Shown: positions 47,853 to 55,222 of the stretch, one piece after another | Numbering within the stretch: the stretch's first letter is position 1 | Layout: every line of letters starts with the position of its first letter | NCBI RefSeq assembly: GCF_001194135.2 | Contig: NC_068996.1 | Span: 39,660,711-39,715,932 of the forward strand | Length of the DNA stretch: 55,222 nt | From: Octopus bimaculoides | Lineage: Eukaryota | Direction of reading: 5' to 3' | Made by a program: the position numbers and the translations under genes | The notes under the pieces: generated by a model | The model's database searches: none | Told to the model about the DNA's origin: nothing | Seen by the model: the letters and a program-made list of their open reading frames with translations, nothing else

Positions 47853-49328
47853 GTATGTATATATGTATGTATACGTAAAATATATAGGGTAGCGAGTTTC
47901 TTTTAGAAATTTCACTACCAGTGGCCTAGCATGTATAAAAAATCAACAGACAACATATTCTCAATATAAAATAGTGTAAATTTAAACAGAAGAGAAAACT
48001 ACCTTTAACAAGGCTTGTTGAAGGCAGTCTCTCTTGTGTTTAAATATACGCTATTTGATATATATGTATGTGTATATATATGTGTGTGTGTGTATATACG
48101 TATATATATGTATATATATGTGTGTGTGTGTGTGTGTATACATATATATGTGTGTGTATATATATATGTGTGTGTGTGTGTATATATATATATATGTGTG
48201 TATGTGTATGTATATATATATATATATTTGTGTATATATATGTGTGTGTGTGTACATAGAGACACACAAACATATACATTCTCTTCTATCCATGCATACA
48301 TACATACATACATATATACACTCATATATATATATATATGCATACATAGATTAAATATAGGCATGCATACACACACATATGTATATATGTACATCCATTA
48401 CAAATATACTTATATGTATACATACTTACATACACACATACATATGTACATACATATATTCATGCACACATNNNNNNNNNNNNNNNNNNNNNNNNNNNNN
48501 NNNNNNNNNNNNNNNNNNNNNNNNNNNNNNNNNNNNNNNNNNNNNNNNNNNNNNNNNNNNNNNNNNNNNNNNNNNNNNNNNNNNNNNNNNNNNNNNNNNN
48601 NNNNNNNNNNNNNNNNNNNNNNNNNNNNNNNNNNNNNNNNNNNNNNNNNNNNNNNNNNNNNNNNNNNNNNNNNNNNNNNNNNNNNNNNNNNNNNNNNNNN
48701 NNNNNNNNNNNNNNNNNNNNNNNNNNNNNNNNNNNNNNNNNNNNNNNNNNNNNNNNNNNNNNNNNNNNNNNNNNNNNNNNNNNNNNNNNNNNNNNNNNNN
48801 NNNNNNNNNNNNNNNNNNNNNNNNNNNNNNNNNNNNNNNNNNNNNNNNNNNNNNNNNNNNNNNNNNNNNNNNNNNNNNNNNNNNNNNNNNNNNNNNNNNN
48901 NNNNNNNNNNNNNNNNNNNNNNNNNNNNNNNNNNNNNNNNNNNNNNNNNNNNNNNNNNNNNNNNNNNNNNNNNNNNNNNNNNNNNNNNNNNNNNNNNNNN
49001 NNNNNNNNNNNNNNNNNNNNNNNNNNNNNNNNNNNNNNNNNNNNNNNNNNNNNNNNNNNNNNNNNNNNNNNNNNNNNNNNNNNNNNNNNNNNNNNNNNNN
49101 NNNNNNNNNNNNNNNNNNNNNNNNNNNNNNNNNNNNNNNNNNNNNNNNNNNNNNNNNNNNNNNNNNNNNNNNNNNNNNNNNNNNNNNNNNNNNNNNNNNN
49201 NNNNNNNNNNNNNNNNNNNNNNNNNNNNNNNNNNNNNNNNNNNNNNNNNNNNNNNNNNNNNNNNNNNNNNNNNNNNNNNNNNNNNNNNNNNNNNNNNNNN
49301 NNNNNNNNNNNNNNNNNNNNNNNNNNNN

Positions 49329-49670
49329 ATCAATATCAACATTTTTCTGGCCATCTTGGAAACGTCTGAACCACTCGTACACTTTTGTGCGGCTCATACA
49401 CTCCTCTCCATACACTTTCTGCAACTTTGTGTAGGCCTCTGAGCATGTATCGCCATGAAAACTTCCTCTGTCATGGTCAATGTGACAATCACATGCTACA
49501 CACCTTCCTTCTAAGCAGTGCTGAAAACAGCAGAAGTAAGCTAGAATGTTAAAACTTAGTGTGTATGCACAGCAGAGTTCACGGTCAATCTTTGCCAAGC
49601 AGCTTTGCTCTGCATGCTTTAGCTTTGTTACTATGGCAACAGTCCGGATACTTATTGATCAGGCCTTGTA
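49329..49670 (-). mobile_element. Mariner transposon 5' end with transposase HTH remnant
   Basis: Minus strand TA-CAAGGCCTGATCAATAAGTATCCGGACTG TIR; EAYTKLQKVYGEECMSRTKVYEWFRRFQDGQKNVDID is a mariner N-terminal HTH. Confidence 0.8.
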
Positions 49671-50295
49671 TCTATTCAAATATCTGTGTGAACTTGTGGC
49701 ATAGATTTAATTATATAATAACTTAAGTATACGCAACCCACATACACACACACATGCACACACACATGCACACACACATACACACACATACACGCACACA
49801 CACACATCATCATCATTTAACATCCATCTTCCATGCTGGCATAGGTTGGACGGTTTCACAGGAACTGATGCATCCAAAGACTGCATCAAGCTCCACGGTT
49901 CTGTGATAAGTAGCTTGCTTCTCAACAACATAGTTCTGGGTTCAATTCCACTGCATTGCACCTTGGGCAAGTGTTTTCTACTATAACCTCAGGTTGACCA
50001 AAGCCCTGTAGATGTTTATGTGTATTTGTGCATGTCTAAATTTATATTGACACAAATACACGCACATGTTTTTGAGTGTGTTTTATTTATTCTCACTTTA
50101 CCTAATACGGAAAAATATTTCTACATTCACATATCATCATCATCATCGTTTAACATCCGCTTTCCATGCTAGCATGGGTTGGACGACTTGACTGAGGACT
50201 GGTGAAACCGGATGGCAACACCAGGCTCCAATCTAAATTTGGCAGAGTTTCTACAGCTGGATGCCCTTCCTAACTCCAAAAGATATTTTAATTGC

Positions 50296-51322
50296 TTAAC
50301 CTTTAGAATTCAGATTACTCTGTTATGTAACATTTATTTATTCACACTGTAGCTTTGAGACCTCAATGACGTGATTGTTTATTTTTAGAGTAATATTGTA
50401 GGATAAGTGTGAAAGGCTGGATCTGGCCAGTTTGAAGAAATGCATCTAGATTATTTTGGCTGGATACAACTAGTGTAAATGCTAAAGGCTTAACCCTTTA
50501 ACATTCGGATTATCCTGTCATATGTATTGATTATTTATTCACATTCTTTTGAATTAATCATAGGAGTGGTTGTGTGGTAAGTAGCTTGCTTACCAACCAC
50601 ATGGTTCTGGGTTCAATCCCACTGTGTGGCACCTTGGGCAAGTGTCTTCTACTATAGCCTCGGGCCAACCAAAGCCTTGTGAGTGGATTTGGTAGACAGA
50701 AACTGAAAGAAGCCCATCGTATATATGTATACATATATATATATATATGTGTGTGTGTATATGTTTGTGTGTCTGTGTTTGTCCCCCCAACATCGCTTGA
50801 CAACTGATGCTGGTGTGTTTACATCCCTGTAACTTAGCAGTTCGGCAAAAGAGACTGATAGAATAAGTACTAGGCATCCAAAGAATAAGTCCTGAAGTCG
50901 ATTTGATTCGACTAAAGGCGGTACTCCAGCATGGCCACAGTCAAATGACTGAAACAAGTAAAAGAGTAAAGAGTATCTCATAGCTCTGAGACTTTGATGA
51001 TGTGATTGTTTAATTTTAGAATGACATTGTAAGAAAAGGTGTGAGAGGCCAGATTTGGTTGGTATGAACGTACAACAGGTAGAATAGGGCTTGCTTAGCC
51101 CTTTAGCATTCAGATTACTCAGTCATATGTATTGCTTGTTTATTCACATTCCTTTCAATTAGTCATAGCTTATCTCATAGCTTTGAGATTTCAATGATGT
51201 GACTGTTTAGTTTTAGAATGACTTTGAAGGGTAGGTGCGAGAGGTCAGATCTGACCAGTTTCAACATACAACAGGCAGAATATTCTGATTAGATACGATC
51301 AGTTTAAATGCTAAAGGATTAA
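50296..51322. mobile_element. piggyBac-like MITE units interrupted by a SINE A (50563-50974)
   Basis: ttaacctttagaattcagattactc... units on both sides of a complete SINE A. Confidence 0.7.
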
Positions 51323-51791
51323 TGTAACCCACTTAAGCTATACTGCCAAAGGTAATGCAGTGAGTACAACAATGAACAAGGGAAAAGTTTTAGATGAGCA
51401 TGTCTTTTTCAGAGCCACCTGCCACCCCAGGTGAACCATGAGATAATGGTAGTTTTATTTTGGAGTGGGTAATTTCCTTAGCCATCTGCTTGAACAATTC
51501 TAAAGTGTCTGGCCTGTTCTATTTTTAAATTACTTTTTACTTTGTACATTTTGAAGTTGTACTCGTTTGGCAAGTAGTTTCTTCAGGGTTTGTGTAACCC
51601 ATTCAAAAGACCTGTTTACTGTAATATTTAAATTCGTTTCAGTTTATGATGTACTATAGGGTATTATAAAAGCTTTCATTGTACATTTATTGCTTTTGAA
51701 TCTATTTCTATTTTTACAACTTAATAATATAAAGATCTTGTCACAAAAATAAAACAGACAAAGAGAACATCATTTAGGTGTTTTAAATGAT

Positions 51792-52125
51792 TATCATTAA
51801 TTCCACTTTGACAAAATAATTTCAATGCTATTTTGTTCTGCTGAATATATCTATCTGTCTGTCTGTCTATCATCCATATCTCTCTGTTTATCTACCTGTC
51901 TATCTATCTCTTTGTCTACCTATCTGTCTATCTGTCTATCTGTCTGTCTGTCTGTCTATCTATCATTAATTCCACTTTGACAAAATAATTTTAATGTTAT
52001 TTTGTTCTGCTGAATATATCTATCTGTCTGTCTGTCTATCATCCCTATCTCTCTGTCTTTCTGCCTGTCTATCTATCTATTTGTCTATCTATCTCTCTAT
52101 GTGTCTATCTATCTGTCTGTCTATC
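51792..52125. repeat. Local 169-bp tandem duplication
   Basis: tatcattaattccactttgacaaaataattt...(TCTA/TCTG)n starts at 51792 and again at 51961, with some divergence. Confidence 0.85.
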
Positions 52126-52597
52126 TACTTATTTCAGATGATACAAAATACATGAGCATACAAAAAGATGTCATCTCAGTCCAGAGGTGACAATGATGGG
52201 ATCCTCCAAATATAGTCACAACACTATCATCAATAAGATGCAGACACATATAACACAAAGACCTCCCATAGTTGAACACAAAGAAGACATGTTGGACACA
52301 CACACACGCAAGCATATCATATACACACATTAGACTTGTGAGACCTTGCTTCTGTCTGGTTAGCAAAACAAGATCTACTGTAACAATTGAGATGACCTTC
52401 ATGTGAATGATCTGCAATGACTACACCTGAGGGTGCTGTCTACCCACACTAATTCTTATCCTGGTGTTGTATTTCTATCAATTATATTTTTTTCATCTTT
52501 CAGGTGCAGTTGTGTGGTAAGAAGCTTGCTTTCCAGCTACATGATTTTGAGTTCAGCCCCACTGTGTGGCAGCTTTGCAAGTGTCTGAAAGAAGCCT

Positions 52598-52642
<45 letters not shown>

Positions 52643-53232
52643 ATATATATANNNNNNNNNNNNNNNNNNNNNNNNNNNNNNNNNNNNNNNNNNNNNNNNN
52701 NNNNNNNNNNNNNNNNNNNNNNNNNNNNNNNNNNNNNNNNNNNNNNNNNNNNNNNNNNNNNNNNNNNNNNNNNNNNNNNNNNNNNNNNNNNNNNNNNNNN
52801 NNNNNNNNNNNNNNNNNNNNNNNNNNNNNNNNNNNNNNNNNNNNNNNNNNNNNNNNNNNNNNNNNNNNNNNNNNNNNNNNNNNNNNNNNNNNNNNNNNNN
52901 NNNNNNNNNNNNNNNNNNNNNNNNNNNNNNNNNNNNNNNNNNNNNNNNNNNNNNNNNNNNNNNNNNNNNNNNNNNNNNNNNNNNNNNNNNNNNNNNNNNN
53001 NNNNNNNNNNNNNNNNNNNNNNNNNNNNNNNNNNNNNNNNNNNNNNNNNNNNNNNNNNNNNNNNNNNNNNNNNNNNNNNNNNNNNNNNNNNNNNNNNNNN
53101 NNNNNNNNNNNNNNNNNNNNNNNNNNNNNNNNNNNNNNNNNNNNNNNNNNNNNNNNNNNNNNNNNNNNNNNNNNNNNNNNNNNNNNNNNNNNNNNNNNNN
53201 NNNNNNNNNNNNNNNNNNNNNNNNNNNNNNNN

Positions 53233-53271
<39 letters not shown>

Positions 53272-53774
53272 GTGTGTGAGTGTCTTTGTGTTTGTTTGTC
53301 TCCCAGCTTGACAACCAGTGTTGGTGTGTCTACATCCCTGTAACGTAGCAGTTCGGCAAAGGGACCAATGGAAAAGGAACCAGGCTTAAGAAATAAGTCC
53401 TGGGGTTGAATTGTTTGATGAAAAACACTTCAAGGTGGTGCTCCAATATGGCCACAGTCAAATGACTGAAACAAGTAAAAGCAAAGAAAGAAAGAAATCT
53501 CAACCACATCAATTGTCTTTTTTTAAACTCTTGTTAAATCCAAGAACTTTTTGATACCACTTTGCACCACTTTTTGCCTGGAGTAGATGCTCCAAGCGTC
53601 ACTACCATAAAGCAGTGTGCTGTGGACATATTCGCTGCGAATTTACAGAGGGGGAGCACTAAGCAATGATAATAACATTACAATAATCTCTGTACACTGT
53701 AACCTTGGTGTGCACATTAGCTTATTGGTCTTCTGCACCCTTGCAAAAAAACAGAATCAGATTAGCTATTGCAG

Positions 53775-54110
53775 AGGTTGTTGTTGGCACTCCGTCGCTT
53801 ACGACGTCGAGGGTTCCAGTTGATCCGATCTACGGGACAGCCTGCTCGTGAAATTAGCGTGCAAGTGGCTGAGCACTCCACAGACACGTGTACCCTCAAC
53901 GTAGTTCTTGGGGAGATTCAGCGTGACACAGTGTGAGACAAGGCTGACCCTTTGAATTACAGGCACAACAGAAACAGGAAGAAAGAGTGAGAGAAAGTTG
54001 TGGTGAAAGAGTACAGCAGTTGTTCGCCACCATCACCTGCCGGAGCCTCGTGGAGCTTTTAGGTGTTTTCGCTCAATAAACACTCATAATGCCCGGTCTG
54101 GGAATCGAAA
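53775..54110 (-). mobile_element. tRNA-derived SINE family E with (AAC)n tail
   Basis: Minus strand starts at a B-box-like tttcgattccc, has a CpG-rich body and ends gagtgccaacaacaacc. Confidence 0.6.
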
Positions 54111-54324
54111 TGCAGAGGTTGTACTTCCATTATATCTACTGAACAAAGACTCTTTCGAGAGATTATATGTGATGGTGGTGCTGAGGTGTGTCAATTCACA
54201 CACACACATGCTCACATGTACACATGCACACAGGCATGCATGCAGGCAGGTGTGCACACACACACATGAATACACACGCACACACACTCTTTCACACATA
54301 TACACGCATATATTTGTGTCTTGG

Positions 54325-54665
54325 TTAGTAACAGATTCCCTTCGGTCATGAGTGACCATGGGATTGCACCTAGAAAGTTACCCCCCGAGACCCAAGTCTG
54401 GGCAAGGTTGTTTACAGAAGACAAGCAGTCACTCATGCATACCGGACTCCCCTCTCTACGCCACTAGTGTTATCCAAGGGAAAGGCAAAGGGGTTGATAC
54501 AGCTTGGCACCAGTGATGTCACAACTCATTTCTACAGCTGAGTGAAGTGGAACAACATGAAATTAAGTGTATGGATCAAGAACATAACACACAGCTCGGT
54601 CCAGGTTTCAAACTCACAACCCCACGATCGTAAGTTCGATGCTCTAACCACTGAGCCATGTGCCT
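54325..54665 (-). mobile_element. tRNA/CORE SINE with a LINE-like 3' part
   Basis: Minus strand tggctcagtggttagagc (A box)...gagtttgaaacc (B box)...gttcttgatccatacacttaatttc...cactcagctgtagaaatgag. Confidence 0.65.
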
Positions 54666-55222
54666 TGGTTAGAAAACATCTATAATTTCACAACTTATGC
54701 ACACATCATGTGCAGCTACACTGATATAAATGCATTTCTTGGGTTGAATCTGCAATGAATAGACTCATATGAGTATGAGTGTGTTTGTGTTTATGTTACT
54801 GTGCATCTGTGTGCATGTTTGTGTTTATGCATGTGTATGTGTATGTTTGTGCTTATGCATGTGTATGTGCATGTTTGTGTTTATGTGTGTGTGTATGTGT
54901 GAAGTCTGTGTTTAAATGTGCATGTGCGTGTGTGTGTTCATGTTTGTGTTTATGCATATGTGTATGCATGTTTGTGTTTATGCTTGTGTGTATATATGTG
55001 TGCCTGCACATTTGTAGTTTCTGTGTGTGTATTTGTGTGTGCATGTGTGTTATGTGTGTACATGTATGAATGTATTTGTGTTTGTGTGTGTGTGTGTGTG
55101 TGTGCATGTGTGAGTATCTGCTGTAGGATAATTCTGCTCATTACATCACAACTCAAACATCCAATCTTGTTCACGGACCAAAATTCTAGGCATATCTGAC
55201 AAAAAAAAAAAAAATTATGTTG

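Noticed and set aside
54590-54665. tRNA gene
   Set aside because: A/B boxes run into a SINE body, with no complete cloverleaf or acceptor stem; it is a SINE head.

Overview
AT-rich, repeat-saturated eukaryotic draft-genome scaffold with many N-gaps. The SINE/LINE repertoire suggests a cephalopod, probably Octopus (inference). No host protein-coding gene can be identified with confidence: almost all ORF-track entries are microsatellite or gap read-through. The window holds fossil Penelope-like elements (PLEs; RT and GIY-YIG remnants at ~6.3-10.2 kb and an open GIY-YIG frame at 44.1-44.7 kb that the ORF track missed), several RTE-clade LINE fragments (one with a PHD-type C4HC3 finger after YADD), hAT, mariner, piggyBac-like and Helentron-like DNA elements, and dozens of tRNA-derived SINEs. 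The most interesting signal is a set of unrelated short fold-back cassettes whose arms carry minimal type-I hammerhead-ribozyme (HHR) motifs with palindromic stem III, reading outward from the centre (2.4-2.6, 13.1-13.4, 16.0-16.4 and 17.8-18.05 kb). Related motifs lie at 5.9, 11.5, 36.5, 37.5, 39.5 and 42.5 kb. A near-perfect palindrome at 12.5 kb may record hairpin self-priming at such a stem III. All HHR folds were found by eye and none is experimentally tested.
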